A DNA stretch of 64,000 nt, from assembly GCA_964016885.1 (NCBI GenBank), contig OZ024741.1, positions 64,418,001-64,482,000 on the forward strand. Reading direction: 5' to 3'. Origin of the DNA: Eledone cirrhosa (Eukaryota). The position numbers and the translations under genes were made by a program. How positions within the stretch are numbered: the first letter of the stretch is position 1; each line of letters opens with the position of its first letter. This document shows, in pieces, positions 29,501-44,490 of this stretch. Below the pieces are notes generated by a model. The model worked only from the letters and a program-made list of their open reading frames with translations. It was not told the DNA's origin and did no database searches.

Positions 29501-29564
29501 ATATATATATGAGGCCTAAAAACACTTGTTCACAAGTGTTTTTAGGCCTCATATTATGTTACCT

Positions 29565-29634
29565 TATTTTATCTGATGAGAACACAATTTTTGTCCCAGG
29601 ATGATGATGTTTTCGAAATGCGCATAATAAAATA
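29565..29634 (+). ncRNA. Type I hammerhead ribozyme
   Basis: tattttat CTGATGA gaaca...tgttttc GAAA tgcgca TA ataaaata; 8-bp stem I. Confidence 0.75.
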
Positions 29635-29829
29635 TATGGAACTTTTTTAACCATCTTTTAATTTCTTCTTTATATATGTGTGTGTGGTTTTGTGTGGGTG
29701 TGGATGTGTCGATGTATACATATATATATATATCAGAGCTCTCGATACTTGGGGTAGTTCTACCAACTGTTGAGTGCTACTTATTTGATATATGCATAGT
29801 TTTATTGTTCTACAATATTACTTACCTCC

Positions 29830-29877
<48 letters not shown>

Positions 29878-30498
29878 CTTGACCGACCAGTCTGTCGGGC
29901 GCCATCCGTCACAGCACGTGCTGTTTTAGCCATACGAGGACGCCATCCCACTGGCTGGGCGGGCAGGCCGTAAGTCTAAAGTCTGTCTTAAGCCAGAAGG
30001 CTCATTTGGCTGGTGGCTATCCCGGTTTCATGGCGTGAAGCGACTGAGAGTACAAGTGAGTTAATCGGCCGGGCGCACCGAAACGATAAACAGAAAAAAT
30101 GAAACGAAATTTCATTGAAACGAAATTTCCGTTTATCGTTTTCGGTGCGCCCGGCCGATTAACTCACTCGATATGCAAATTAGGCTGCTCAGCCGTTAAT
30201 ATGCATAAGGAAAGTATATACTTTCAGACGTTCAATCATCTGGCAGGAAGGTATACGGTGCTGACGATAGCTAATAAGCTTCAAACTAGTACATCGTTCC
30301 TTTGTCAGTGTTGAACAAAAGGGCAACGATGGTTGCTAAACACTGTACGGCTTAATTCGAGATATTTGTTTACAAACAAACCGAGCATTATAACAAATGC
30401 TCGGTAAATCCATACGTACATATATATGTGTGTGCATGTATGTATATATATACATACTACTGTACGCCTGTATACATATATGTATGTACGTATACATA

Positions 30499-30607
<109 letters not shown>

Positions 30608-31081
30608 TTATACGGAACAAGAAGGACAACCGTACAAACGCGCATGCGCAGAAACCGTCACTTCACACAGGCAATACTAAAAAGCGTGCGAGATATCTGC
30701 GAAAGTCCGAAAAGTTTCTAGTTGATAAGAAAATCAGGATGTTGTGATTCAATCCGGAGCTTTGTAGTTATGTAAGAGGTGTTTCGAGACGTGTGGATAA
30801 CGTGTCAAGAATTCATTTCTCGTGTTTAGGCAATCACTATTGCATAATCTCTTTAGAATATTTATTCGTTCATCAATGCATTCGTTCATCGACAGCTTGA
30901 TCTAGTCGTCGAAACGGCCGGTGCTCGACTCTCGGAGTCCTGAATTTTTTTCATATTACCCACTCTACTACCCCAAGTATCGAGAACTCTGGTGAGTAAT
31001 GGTCTTTACCACATCCTATCTGATATATATATATATATATATATATATGTATACACCGACACATCCACATCCACACAAAAC

Positions 31082-31175
<94 letters not shown>

Positions 31176-31204
31176 AAAAACCACAGACCCTCCATCTCAA
31201 CTCT

Positions 31205-31242
31205 ACTTTTGAAAAGCAGAAGAACTGCGAAACCGGTAAAGG
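31205..31242 (+). ncRNA. Hammerhead ribozyme, U3-A8 variant
   Basis: actt TTGAAAA gcag-aagaa-ctgc GAAA ccgg TA aagg. Confidence 0.65.
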
Positions 31243-31394
31243 AACCAAATAAATATATATATATTTTTTAAATTAAGAGTCCAGTTGCATTTTTGATTTC
31301 ATCTTTTTTTCTCTATACTTTCACTCGTGTAGGATACCTTGGTTATTTTTCATTTTGTAAAAAAAACCTCACTTTCTAATATATATATATATAT

Positions 31395-31775
31395 ATAGTT
31401 TTTAAAAATCTTATTCCCAATATTAGCCGTAGGATTTCTACCTTATCTTCGTCTATAGACATTTTTAATAAAGCCGCCCCTTATTATAATAAAGCCCTTA
31501 AAAACACCGGTTTTACAGAACAAATTTATTATTTACCTACTCCCCACCCCTAAAACTAACCACAATAATAGGAAAAGGAAAATTATTTGGTTTACACCCC
31601 CCCTTCTCTCTAACTGTCAAAACTATTGTAGGAAGGAAATTCCTTGAACTCTTAGATAAACATTTTCCTCCTAATCATAGATATTATAAGATATTTAATA
31701 GAAATGTAGTTAAGATCAGTTACTCTTGTTGCCCATCTATGAAGTCCAAGATCACTCATTCAAATCATTTTCTAA
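31395..31775 (+). pseudogene. Hydra-clade PLE ORF fragment (RT thumb/linker)
   Basis: NISRRISTLSSS, NRKRKIIWFTPP, GRKFLELLDKHFPPNHRYYKIFNRNVVKISYSC. Confidence 0.75.
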
Positions 31776-31819
31776 ATATATATTTTTTTATTTATTATTT
31801 GTCGTATTCCCAACTTTAT

Positions 31820-32017
31820 ATTTTCATTTTCATTTTTATTTTTATTTTTATTTTTATTTTTATTTTTATTTTTATTTTTATTTTTATTTTTATTTTTATT
31901 TTTATTTTTATTTTTATTTTTATTTTTATTTTTATTTTTATTTTTATTTTTATTTTTATTTTTATTTTTATTTTTATTTTTATTTTTATTTTTATTTTTA
32001 TTTTTATTTTTATTTTT
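31820..32017. repeat. (TTTTTA)n hexamer microsatellite
   Basis: Direct inspection. Confidence 0.97.
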
Positions 32018-32210
32018 ATATATACAATATTTTTTTATATATACAATATTTATTTTTTATATATATAATAATTATGTTCTTTCTCATATATATATATATA
32101 TTGAGTTATATATGTATGTGTGTGTGTGTGTGTGTGTGTGTACGTATGCATACGTATGTGTATGTATATATGTGTGTGTAGGTATATATGTATATGTGAG
32201 TATGTATGTA

Positions 32211-32310
<100 letters not shown>

Positions 32311-32439
32311 GTTAAATAAGGTTCATATGAATTATCTAAGAATGAGTGTTACACACATATATATGTGCGTGTTTGTATTTGTATGTACGTCTTTGTGATA
32401 TGTATGTATATGTATGTGTATTTTTGTATGGTTATGTAT

Positions 32440-32495
<56 letters not shown>

Positions 32496-32863
32496 ATATA
32501 TGTATATGTGTGTGTGTGTGTATGTATTTGTGTATGCGTATGTATGTGTACGTGCATTTGTGTGTATTGCTTACCACGTGTGTTTGCTGATATATTTGTT
32601 GCCTGTATCGCTGTCAACATTATAATAGTCTTTATATTCATTTTTATGTTTTTTATTATTATATATTTTTTCTTATATTTATTTGTGTGTGAGTATGTAG
32701 AGGTGTGTGTATATATTTCTATTTTTGTGCTTGCGTATGTATGCGTGTATATATGTGTGTATGTATGTGTGTATGTATGTGTATGTATGTACGTGTATAT
32801 ATACGTATGATTGTGTGTATGTATGTATGTATGTATATGTATGTGTGTATGTATATGTATGTG

Positions 32864-32949
<86 letters not shown>

Positions 32950-33036
32950 GTTGTATATATGTATGTGTATGTATGGATATGTTGATATTTATGTGTGTAT
33001 GTATGTATGTGTATATGTATGTGTATGTACATATAA

Positions 33037-33152
33037 GGCGTGTAGCTGAGTGGTTAGAGAATTGGATTCACAATGTTGAGGTTGTGAGTTCGATTCCTGG
33101 ACCGGGCGATGCGTTATGTCCTTGAGCAAGACACTTTATTTCACGTTGCTCC
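33037..33152 (+). mobile_element. Second tRNA-derived SINE family (CORE/V-like body)
   Basis: A box TAGCTGAGTGG, B box GTTCGATTCC, then tgtccttgagcaagacacttt. Confidence 0.75.
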
Positions 33153-33368
33153 TTCTACCTGGAGTTGCGACCGATAGATAGTACTAGCAACTGGAAAGAC
33201 CAACGGAAACATTGTTTCCTCGGTCCGATTTGACGAAAGTCGATCGATTAAAATAAATAAATAAAAATATATATATATACACATATATATGTGTGTGTGT
33301 GTGTATATGTGTGTGTGTATGTATGTGTGTATGTATATATATATATATATATGTGTGTATGTATATAC

Positions 33369-33404
<36 letters not shown>

Positions 33405-33516
33405 GCATGTGTATTTTTATTTTATTTTTCCTTTCCTTCTTCCTTTTCCAGCCTCACTTTCATATAGATTGCATTTTTGTTTTTAAAATCCAACGTCAAT
33501 AAATACGCCAGAATTT

Positions 33517-33577
33517 TTTCATTCTGATGATTGAAAGCAAAATTTTTTGGCTTTTAAGAAACCACTGGTAAATGAAA
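33517..33577 (+). ncRNA. Type I hammerhead ribozyme
   Basis: tttcatt CTGATGA t tgaaagc..gctttta a GAAA ccactgg TA aatgaaa; 7-bp stem I. Confidence 0.78.
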
Positions 33578-33858
33578 TAATTGCCTTTTGTTGTTTATTA
33601 CATAACTATATATATATATATTATTTATTTATGTTCATACACGAGGCAAATGTGCTGCCTAATATTTCAAGGCTCAATATTGACCATATTCACAGAATGT
33701 AAGAGGGATCAAAATTGTGACCTAATCTTCAAGCGCGTATATGAGCTTTTCACACCTACAGATATTTTCTACACACACTCACACACACACATATATATAT
33801 ATATGAGACAGGTTGTCCTGGGTTACATGTTACTAGTAGCACTTGAGAGCGACCTGAC

Positions 33859-33924
<66 letters not shown>

Positions 33925-33936
33925 CATATATACATA

Positions 33937-34024
<88 letters not shown>

Positions 34025-34030
34025 TATGTA

Positions 34031-34088
<58 letters not shown>

Positions 34089-34101
34089 CATGCATATATA
34101 G

Positions 34102-34171
<70 letters not shown>

Positions 34172-34174
<3 letters not shown>

Positions 34175-34350
34175 GTCAGGTTGCTCTCGAGTGTAACTAG
34201 TAACATGTAACCCAGGACAACCTGTCTCATTGTCGGGTCGTCGGCGACTAAACCGGCAACCCTACCAAGCTTGCTTCGTGAGGAGGGTGGTATTTGGACA
34301 CCCTGCTAGATGAAATACAAGACCCGGCAAAGGGCGGAGGAGCTCAACAG
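34172..34350 (+). repeat. Dispersed repeat (possible LINE 5' UTR); inverted copies at 33806-33860 and 55240-55415
   Basis: gtaacatgta.cccag.acaacctgt.tcat.gtcgggtcgt.ggcgactaaac.ggcaacc shared. Confidence 0.7.
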
Positions 34351-34389
34351 AGTCAACGGCCATCCAAATAGTACTTTTTCTTTTTCACC

Positions 34390-34756
34390 TCGGACTGAAA
34401 GGGCCCCAGTTGTTGTCACAACACCTTTCTAACAGAGGGAAACTCTGAAAAATATGATGTTCGCACCAAAAGTTCCTTTTATTCTTGCTTGTACTCCGCT
34501 CACTCTATAATAAGTTTGTGGAATCTTTGGCTACAGTTGAATTCATTAACTAATTTTCGAAAATTAGTCAGTGATGGGGCTCTTCTAATCTTACTGACAT
34601 CGACGTATCCTAAAAACCTTTCTTGGTGATTTTTCTTCTCATCCACAAATCGCAGAACGTGTAACAATTTAGATTTCATTCGAAGATCCGTAGTCTCGTC
34701 AAATATAACTGCTACAAATTATGTTTTTTTATCATTGCCTTCATTTCTCCTTCAAT

Positions 34757-34765
<9 letters not shown>
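34390..34765 (-). pseudogene. hAT transposase fragment (catalytic-D region)
   Basis: VAVIFDETTDLRMKSKLLHVLRFVDE...ERFLGYVDVS on minus strand. Confidence 0.75.
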
Positions 34766-34821
<56 letters not shown>

Positions 34822-35179
34822 GAAATAAGATTTCGCTTCAAGCGTAGCTTTATACAAATATGTATAGAAGTTTCATATTTCTAAAGAAACACGGTTTTAG
34901 GAAGTCGTAGCTTTGCAATCACCGGGGCTAACGCCCTCTGGTGGTGTCCATCAGAAGCAAAGGGGACAACCGTCTATGCATTTCAGGCTTGACTGGCCTT
35001 CTTCAGGACGGTCCCTCCCACCACTTGCGACTGCTGGACTGTGTAAATGAGGTGATTAATCTCATTTGCGTATGAAGCTGCATAAGTTGACTCAACTTAT
35101 AATAGAATAGAATAGAAATAAGATTTCGGTTCAAGCATAGCTTTATACAAATATGTATAGAAATTTCGTTTTTCTAAAG

Positions 35180-35246
<67 letters not shown>

Positions 35247-35249
<3 letters not shown>

Positions 35250-38200
35250 TCTCGCACGCACCTCGGACAGATCTTTGTTGCAGGGTCCCTTCCCGGGCGC
35301 CCATGTCTGTAGAGCTTGTCTCGAACTGGTAGAGCTCCTCGGTAGCACTGCCAGACCAGGGACTTTTGGAAGTTGTCCATCGGTCTCGGACGGAAGGTCC
35401 TACCGAACAGACTGGCCAGTTCATCATCTTCCTCTACGCCTAGAGTTTCACTGAGCACGTCGTCGCACTTGCGGATCAACCCTCTATAGAATGACAAAGT
35501 GGAGTCTCCACTGATCGCCGGGTCCGCCTGCCAGAGGGCTGTGAGCGCCTGAGCACATTCGATGTGCCAGTCGCCCATTTTCCTCGGTCTTTGCTTGACC
35601 CATGACTGCAGCTCGGTCAGCGAGACGAGTCGTGGGAAGGCTCGCCTCACGAACGGGGCCCACACCGGTTGTCCGGTGAGGAATACGTAGAGATGCCGCA
35701 GCCTGAGCGCGTGTTTGCGCATCCTCAACCACGGCATCCCCAGCCCTCCGTTAGAAGGGTGTTGGCAGCAGATGGATCTTCTCACCAAAGGAGCCCGCCT
35801 CTTCCAAAGGAATCGGAAGAGCGCGCGCTCCATTTTGGCGAGCGTTTTGGCTGGACAAGGCACGACGGTCAAGCGGTAGTAGATGGCGGACGCTATAAAA
35901 GTGTTCACAACCTCCGCTCGACCTTTCACTCACTGGGTGAGTGCAAACACCTTGGCCGTCACCTCGTTCCAGTTCTTCTCCACCTGGAGGTCCGGACCAA
36001 ACCAGACGCCGAGCAGCTTTACCGGTCCTTCCGTCCAGCATCCGACGACGCCATCGGAAGGCATCGGTTTACCCCTCCACGATCCGAGTTGCAAACCACT
36101 GTACTTGTCCCGGTTCAGCTTCGCTCCTGTAAAACTTTCGTATTCCTTCAGTAAGGTGCCGACTTCCTCGATTTGCGAGGCGCTCGACACCATTACTGTC
36201 ACGTTACTTTCCGCAGTCCCGGTTCCAGAGGGAAGCCCTGCAATAGCTCCAACTTCCGCAGTAGTGGCTCGAGAGTCAGTACGTACAGAAGGGAGGAGAG
36301 AGGGCATCCCTGTCGGATGGATCGCGTGATATGGAACGGCTCCGAGAGGTAGCCGTTCACCTTGACTCTTGAGCAGATGTCGCTGTTGTGCATTGCAGTA
36401 ATCCAGCTCCTGAACACTTGTCCGAAGCCTGCTGCCTCGAGCACCGCATCCAGGTAACGATGGTCAACCCTATCGAAAGCCTTAGGCTGACCCAAGTTGA
36501 TCAGGGCCTCCACCGAAGCCGGGTTTACACCCTACCCTCTCTATGATGTATCGCATGAGGTGGAAGTTGTCGTGTATGGACCTGGTCGAGATTGCGCATG
36601 TCTGCGCTTCTCCCACCAGGTTCTCGACGACAAGCGCCAGCTGCTTTGCCAACACCTTGGCCAAAATCTGTAACTCTGTGTTTAGCAGAGTTATGCGCCG
36701 GAAGTTGCCTATGTCATCCCTCTTATTCTCGTCCTTCCTGACTAGTGTGACTACGCCCCCGGTCACAGAACTGGGAAATTCTCCCGTTCTGTTGCCAGTT
36801 GCAGTAGACCGCTTCCAGGAGACCGGAGAATAGGTCCGGCATTGCTACGTAAAATTCGTAGGTAGACCGTCGAGACCTGGAGATTTGCGTTTGCCGCATT
36901 GGCTCAGCGCGTCCCCTATCTCAGCGGCTGAAATCGGCTTTTCGCAGAACTTTGTCTCGCTGTCCGAGAGTCGCGGTAGGCCGTCGAGGTATGTACCAAA
37001 ATCCATAGCCCCTCCCGGTACGCCGCCCTGCCCGAACAGTTGAGCAAAATGCCGCTGAAAGGCCGCACACATCTGCTTCGGCTCACGTATCACGCGTCCG
37101 TTTTGGTCCTTCAAAGACCGAATCGTGGACTTGTTGCCACTTTTTGCCTCCCTCGCTCGGGCCCAGCTAACAGCTTTGGCTCCCTCGTTTCCCAGAGCAC
37201 GTATTTTGCTTCTGACAACGCAGCCCTCGTGCTTTGCGTCGAAGAACTGGTCCAAAGCCGTTCTCGTTGCTAGCACGCTGGCTACGTTGCCACTTCTAAT
37301 TTCCTCTTCTACGTTATCTACCAGTTCCTTCTCGGTTCTATTTCTATCTAACGCTAATTCTTTACTAAAAACTAACGAGTCTAATCTAACTGCCCTCTTG
37401 AGAGAGTACCACCATCTGTTGTTGACAATACCCCTGTCAAGTGCTGTTTATCTAAAGTGCTAATCCGTCTACTGTAGGCTTTGCATGTCGGTAACGACAA
37501 GTTCAGCTTCCAGTAGCCGGGTCCTTGTCTATGGGTTCTATCAAGGTTGGCCATGCAGGTCACTAGTTTGTGATCTGAATAGGCAACCATGAACATTTGT
37601 GGACAGCTTAACATGTCTCTATGCTTATTTCTAACTAGAACCCTATCTAGGTACGATCTAGATGTTCCACTGCGATTAGTCCACGTCCACAGTGGCACAG
37701 TCGGAAAATCTAGTCGATATCTATCGGTCAGGTCAAATCGGTCGATTAACTATTTGAGGCTGTTACACCCCCTTTATCGGGACATGCTCCCACATAGTCT
37801 TGCATTTAGGATTCCATTCCAGTCCCCCACTAAAAGCAAGGAGCGGGACGTTCCCAGAAAAGTCTTTAGACGTTTGAAGATGTCTGGCCGCGGTGTCCCG
37901 GATGGGGCATATGCAGCCACCAGCCTGAAGGCTCCACCTTCACTACCGTCAACGTCTAGGACCACCAGTCGACCCTCCGGGTCCAGATGTACCGTCTGTG
38001 TTACGAGGCCCAGGTGTTTTCGCAGCAAAACGGCAACCCTGCCCCACCCCCCGGCCGACAGAGAGATGCGTAGATCTCAAAGTAATCGAAGATGGGGGCT
38101 ATCTGTCGCTCGCTGTGGATCCTGGACTCGCAAATGGCTACCACATCCATACTGTGCGACCTGAGGTCGTTTAAGAGTTTGCCCTGTTTCCAGGGCATCC

Positions 38201-40454
38201 CCAGGCCGCGTACGTTCACACATCCAACTCTTATATTGGCCATGTCGGTGCTGAAAAGTTAAAAGAAGAGGAAAATAAATCACTCACCCTTCGTCTCCTG
38301 GGGACCAGGCTGCACGATTTCCATGGGGGTGTTGGAGGGGTTGTCTGGGTGGGTGGTGGTTTCCGGCGGGGTGGGGACAGAGATGTTTGGTGAGGTGGGG
38401 TCTGGTGGGATGGGGTTGTCTTGGGTGGGGAGACATTTGAGAAGGACGCGGTTGAGTGGTTTCACGCAGGAATTCCCCACATCCTTCTCAAATGTTTCTT
38501 TTAGGGACCTATAAGTTTGTATAGGGATCCTAATCAGTTTTAGGTTCAGTTTTTTGCTATTTTTACTAGAGTGGGCGAAAGTTTTCCCTTCGGTTTTCAC
38601 CGAAGGGTCGTTCGTGATGGTCTCCATTAGTGTTTTGTTTTCAGTGTTTATGTATGTGTAAGTGTAATTTTCTTGTGTTGTGTTTGTTTTTGTCTGTAGT
38701 TCTTGTGTGTGCTTTCGTTTTGTTGTAGGTATTTTGTTTTCATGAGGTGGGGGTTTTGTTTGTGATGTTTTTTGTTGTTTGTGTTGGTGGTTGTATGTTT
38801 GTGGTAGTGTTTGCTGGTTTTTTGCTTTTGTGATGTCTTTTCTTTTTTTTCGAGCGATGGAGTTCTCCCTCGTCTTCACTGGGTGATGGCGAGATAGCCT
38901 CATCTGTTGTATCGTCTGTGTGATTGGGGAGGGGTATGTCTTGGGGAGCTGTTGTGTCTGTATGTGATTTTGCAGTGGTTTTAGGTGGAGTGAAGTTGGG
39001 TGGGACTGTGTTTGTTGTGGTTATTTTTGTGTGTTGGTGCTGTTGTTGTTGTGGTGGTGGTGTTGGTGGTTGTGTTGTTTTGATGGGTGTCGGCAGAAGA
39101 GTCTTTTTTTGACTCATTAATTTAGGACAGGAAGCCCTCAGGTGACCCCTACTAAAGCAGTGGTAACATGAAGGCCGCCTACCCTCAACCGAAAGGTTTA
39201 TGTAGGTGAATCCGTCCAGGAGTACACGTTGTGGGATCATAGCTATTCGCTCTGGACTCATTTGCACCAGAACTTCAACGCTATTCCCATCGAATACATC
39301 TCTGGGGGACTTTCCTACTGACAGTATTCTGTCTTCATCAAAATTGATGAAGCCGCACAGTATCCACCATATGTTTACCTTTGGTGTGACACTCGTGATT
39401 CTAATCTTTTGTGTCTTTTTTCCCATGTATGTAGGGAAAAAGGTATACAGGTTGGATACAATTGGCGACACAGAGTAATTTTGGGCCGTCAATTGATCCT
39501 TCATGAGAACCGAAATACTCCCAAAGAGTTTGCTTCTTTGAATGAATGAAATATCATTCATTGAATTTTTGAAAACCAGTTCAATTTCTTTCCGTGACAA
39601 TTGGACTGGTTTTCGGGTAGAATTGGAAACTGTCCTAAAAACTATCGTTTTGAGAGCAGTTTCCTTGCGAATTTCTACCGGAGAATTGATGCTTTAAGCA
39701 CCATTCTTTTCGAAAGTATCATATCTCCTAGCGTCCTTTAAAAGTTGTTCGGCATTTGTTATGTCGAGATATGTTAGTTCCTCCTTTTTCTGAACTGTCT
39801 GTGCAAATGAGATTTTCGGTTTCTTTGTGGAATTATCCGTGTTGGTGGTGTTGTCATTATTGTTGTTATTCTTGTTGTTATTCTTGTTGTCACTGATGTT
39901 GATATTGTTCGTATTTTCCTCGGTGTTGGTGTTGTTGTTGTCTTTGATGCTGGTATTATTGGTGTTGTCTTTATTTTTTTCTTTGTTGTTGTTGTCATTG
40001 TTGTTTTTATCATCATTATTGGTGTTGTTGATGTTATTTTTGTTGTCACTGTACTGTTTGGTGTCATTTGTGTTGTTTGGATATGAATTTGTTTTTACAA
40101 TTTCATTTCATCTTTCCATCTCCATAGTATCTATGGAGAAGGAAAGGGAAGAAGACGATGTTGACTGCGAGCTATGTAGTCTTACCGACTCTCCACCACC
40201 ATTATCGTCGAACGCAGCGTTCATAACGTAATCAAATTTCTTACGATATTTTTTCCAAAATTCTATGGAGAAAAACATTTTCAAACGAATATTTCGCCCC
40301 TGTAGGGGCGAAAATGGGTTGACCCACCGCCTGAAGGTCCAGACGGGGGGGGGGGGGGTCAAGTTACACAATAATATAAAATTTAACTGAAATCTCACGT
40401 TTTTTTTCTTACATAAATTAACGGAAACTTCTCCGCGAAGTTACACACGTCTGG
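35247..40454 (-). mobile_element. Tx1/L1-clade LINE, near full length, degenerate (copy 2), 3' end cut by (TA)n
   Basis: ORF1 pieces about 40224-38280 with zinc knuckle CYHCFSRGHLRASC; ORF2 from 38243 (MANIRVGCVNVRGL, GDWN, SDH, RT, CPRC) in frameshifted pieces; clearly homologous to copy 1. Confidence 0.93.
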
Positions 40455-40660
<206 letters not shown>

Positions 40661-40703
40661 TATCAAAATACTTTCAGAAATATATGTAAAAATTTCAAGT
40701 TAC

Positions 40704-40771
40704 CTCATGAAGATACTTGCATCCTCAATAGCACTGCAACCATGCATTAGACAACGAAAGCCATTTTGCAT
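40704..40771 (-). CDS. Putative host exon
   Basis: ccatttcag| ... ag|GTAACT; 68 nt; MQNGFRCLMHGCSAIEDASIFM; phase 0 in, phase 2 out. Confidence 0.65.
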
Positions 40772-40837
40772 CTGAAATGGAAGGATATTTATTCTGAGAT
40801 TGTACAAATAAGTTTTGTGAGAAAGAATCAGCCTTAC

Positions 40838-40886
40838 TCTCCTTCTGGTGTCTACTTTATGGATGTCGCTGGGATAAGAGGCAAAT
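40838..40886 (-). CDS. Putative host exon
   Basis: attccttcag| ... aga|GTAAGG; 49 nt; FASYPSDIHKVDTRRR; phase 2 in, phase 0 out; 66-nt intron to the next exon. Confidence 0.62.
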
Positions 40887-41404
40887 CTGAAGGAATTTGA
40901 AATGTTAGGGTGTATGCTGTGATGCTAGCAGTATATATAAGTATTTATGTGACCACTCGTCTTTTATTTCAGACATAGTGTGTGATACGAGGAGGATTTG
41001 GCTGCTATATTCTCATTTAGTCAAACAAACCTGTAGAGGTGTCCTCATTCGCACGATAAGTGATAATATATAAGCTTGAATGTTTAAGCGGGATGCTCGA
41101 ATATATGTTGTAGAGATTATATACGGGGAAGAAGAGTAAAATAAGATCTATTCAAAGACTGAATTTAAAACCATTCCAACTCAAGTTTCGTGGTTCCGCT
41201 TCACAAATCGTCTGGCGGTAATCTACGTCTGGGTCATATTCTCAGTTGGAAAAAATTCATCCGAAAATGTGACCAACCACAACATCATGTCAATCCGCAA
41301 AACAAAGGCTGTTGTTTTATAATCAACATAAATAGAAATATTTATATAATAGAATCATATACAACAATGGTAATAAAAACACACAAACCAAACAAAATTA
41401 TACA

Positions 41405-41730
41405 ATAAAAATTATAAAATAATTGTTTCTACTTTAGGCACAAGGCCAGCAATTATCCAGTGCATTACTGGTACTTTATTTTATCGACCCCGTAAGGATG
41501 AAAGGCAAAGTCAACCTCGGCGGGATTTGAACTCATATATAAAAATTATATATATATTTGAACTCATATATAAATTATATATATATTTGAACTCATATAT
41601 AAAAATTATAAAATAATTGTTTCTACTTTAGGCACAAGGCCAGCAATTACCCAGTGCATTACTGGTACTTTATTTTATCGACCCCGTAAGGATGAAAGGC
41701 AAAGTCAACCTCGGCGGGATTTGAACTCAT
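41405..41730 (-). mobile_element. Tandem duplication of a 5'-truncated SINE
   Basis: Near-identical blocks 41405-41535 and 41600-41730. Confidence 0.85.
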
Positions 41731-43010
41731 AAAATTTATAAAATAATAAAACATATAAAGAGTGCAAATATTGCAAAAAGCAGTAGGTTATCAGTATCGG
41801 CGAAGCGTCACACAAAACGATTTGTGGCATTTAGTTGCGACTTTCTACGTCCTAAATTCAAATCCCACCGAAGTCAACTTTACCTTTCATCCTTCCGACA
41901 TCAATAAAATAAAATACCAGTTAATTATTGGGGTCGGTATAATCGACTTTCATCTTCCCAAAAATTACTGGCTTTCCTATAAAGAATTATTAGTCTCAAG
42001 TCTCCTACGTGTTACATTTCAAACATTAGTTTGTAGTTTCTGTTGTCACTAATCATCTATTTGTGCTACCGTCAGAATATGCTTGCGTTTGCCATCAACA
42101 AAAGTTGTAAATGTAGGCTATCTTTTCCGTGACATTATTGATAGATAAAAAAAAACATCAATAAAGAATAAGCAATTGTGAGTTAAAGAGATATTAAAGA
42201 AATGTGATTTGAAATAGAAATGTAATTACAAGATAAAGAAAAGATGCAAAGTATTTTCAAATGTGAGGAATGAGTGTCTAATTTAAGTGACAGCAAATAT
42301 GGAAATGTAAGCAAGAGTATTAATAAAGAAATGAACAGACATGGTGAAGGGGAATGATGTAAAGAAACAGACGTAATAAATAAACAGTACAACATGTTCT
42401 AAAAAGGGTAGAAAAATATCTTTATAATCAAGTCAAATATTTTTCCAGGCATTGGGCGCATGAAGTAATGATGTTTTAAAAAAAGACAATGGGAACAAAA
42501 TAGAGATGCAAAGGAGTGAAAAAAGGGGGAGGGTGGAGGAGTTAATAGTATTTGAGTGGCAAATGTGATAAAGATGATAAAAAGGGGGGAAGTGGAGAAA
42601 GGGAAACTGAAAGGATAGGAGATAAATAGAGTGGGGGTTGTGAACGAGAGGAAAATGAAAAGCAAAGAATGGAAAAGGTGGAACGGCGAGTGAAGGGAAA
42701 TATGAGTGGTTAATAGAATGTAACAGTTAGTAACAATAAACGTTAAAACTATTAGAGTAGCAGAAGAGTAATAAAAGCAGACGATGAAGTACAAAATTGG
42801 TAACAGAATGTTGTGGCTACAAAGAAGCAGGCGATAGCTAAATTCATATGAAAGACGAAAATGTGGTGAGACGTAAGAGATGCTTAAAGAATAACAGCGG
42901 AGAATTGTTTGCCTACTAATGAATGTGTGCTGTCTTCTCTGCCTTTCTTTGCGTTTACAATTTTCAGATGTCCTCGCCAAATTCAGGTGTTGGCAAAGAA
43001 GGCCACACAC

Positions 43011-43095
43011 CTAGCAAATTGTAATGTGTAATAGTAAAATCCTTGTGAAAATTTGCATGTGTGCAAAAATTTGGAACAGGCTAGATGTAACTGGT
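43011..43095 (-). CDS. Putative host exon
   Basis: ttttctcctacag| ... ag|GTGTGT; 85 nt; (D)QLHLACSKFLHTCKFSQGFYYYTLQFA(R); phase 1 in, phase 2 out. Confidence 0.6.
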
Positions 43096-43741
43096 CTGTA
43101 GGAGAAAACGGACACACAAACACAAATTTTCTCAAATATATGCTACATATATACAACATACATGCATATAAACATGCGTATTTATCACATCCATGTGCAT
43201 ACATATCCATTTATATATCCACTACGAACAAATTCCAAATGTAAAATGTACTTGTGGGTGTGTTAGCATTGCGTGTGCCTCCCCATACACAATGCGAACA
43301 CACCCACAAGCGATTATCCAAGACCATGTACTAGGGATAACCTTATTCTATAATATTGTTCCGGTGAGTGATTTCGTGGATGCTGGTTGGTTAAATCCGT
43401 TAAACTGCACGCTTTCATCTAGGCAGATGTTTTTATCTGCTGGGTTTTAAATTTTTCAGCGTGTATTTATGTCTGTGCCTACAGACAGAGATCAACATTC
43501 ATGTTGAGTTCAATGAACCCTGTTGCTCAGCATTATATCCAACTTCTCTGCAATGCACAAACTGCAGTCGCTCTTCTGCATGTATAGCTTCGCGCGACCT
43601 ATGACTTTCCATTTGCTCTTATCTTTTATAATGTTTAAACAAGCTAGTGTCTGCCTGGGCCATCTAAAGCTCAAGATATCCTATATTGAAAGATCTTAAT
43701 AACAACCAAAATAAAAAGAAACTTTAAAACAAAATTTATAC

Positions 43742-43818
43742 CAGCTTGGATACAAAATGGAGAAGTGCAACAACATAAATGATTTGATATATCAATATCC
43801 ACTAAAGTATCATATGTT
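43742..43818 (-). CDS. Putative host exon (most 5' one found)
   Basis: atattcag| ... g|GTATAA; 77 nt; TYDTLVDIDISNHLCCCTSPFCIQA; phase 1 out; weak polypyrimidine tract. Confidence 0.45.
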
Positions 43819-43823
43819 CTGAA

Positions 43824-44490
<667 letters not shown>

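Noticed and set aside
33037-33110. tRNA gene
   Set aside because: A and B boxes present but no convincing cloverleaf, and it runs into a SINE body.
34172-34290. HDV-like ribozyme in a putative LINE 5' UTR
   Set aside because: Could not assign the nested double pseudoknot by eye.
42399-43010. 203-aa minus-strand ORF
   Set aside because: Pyrimidine-biased intronic sequence, low-complexity F/L/S content, no motifs.
43742-43813. Alternative frame MIL*WILIYQIIYVVALLHFVSKL as a signal peptide rescued by UAG-to-UIG editing
   Set aside because: It exits in phase 0, which hits a stop after four codons in the 43095 exon; no convincing bridging exon found; hydrophobicity is expected from T-rich DNA.
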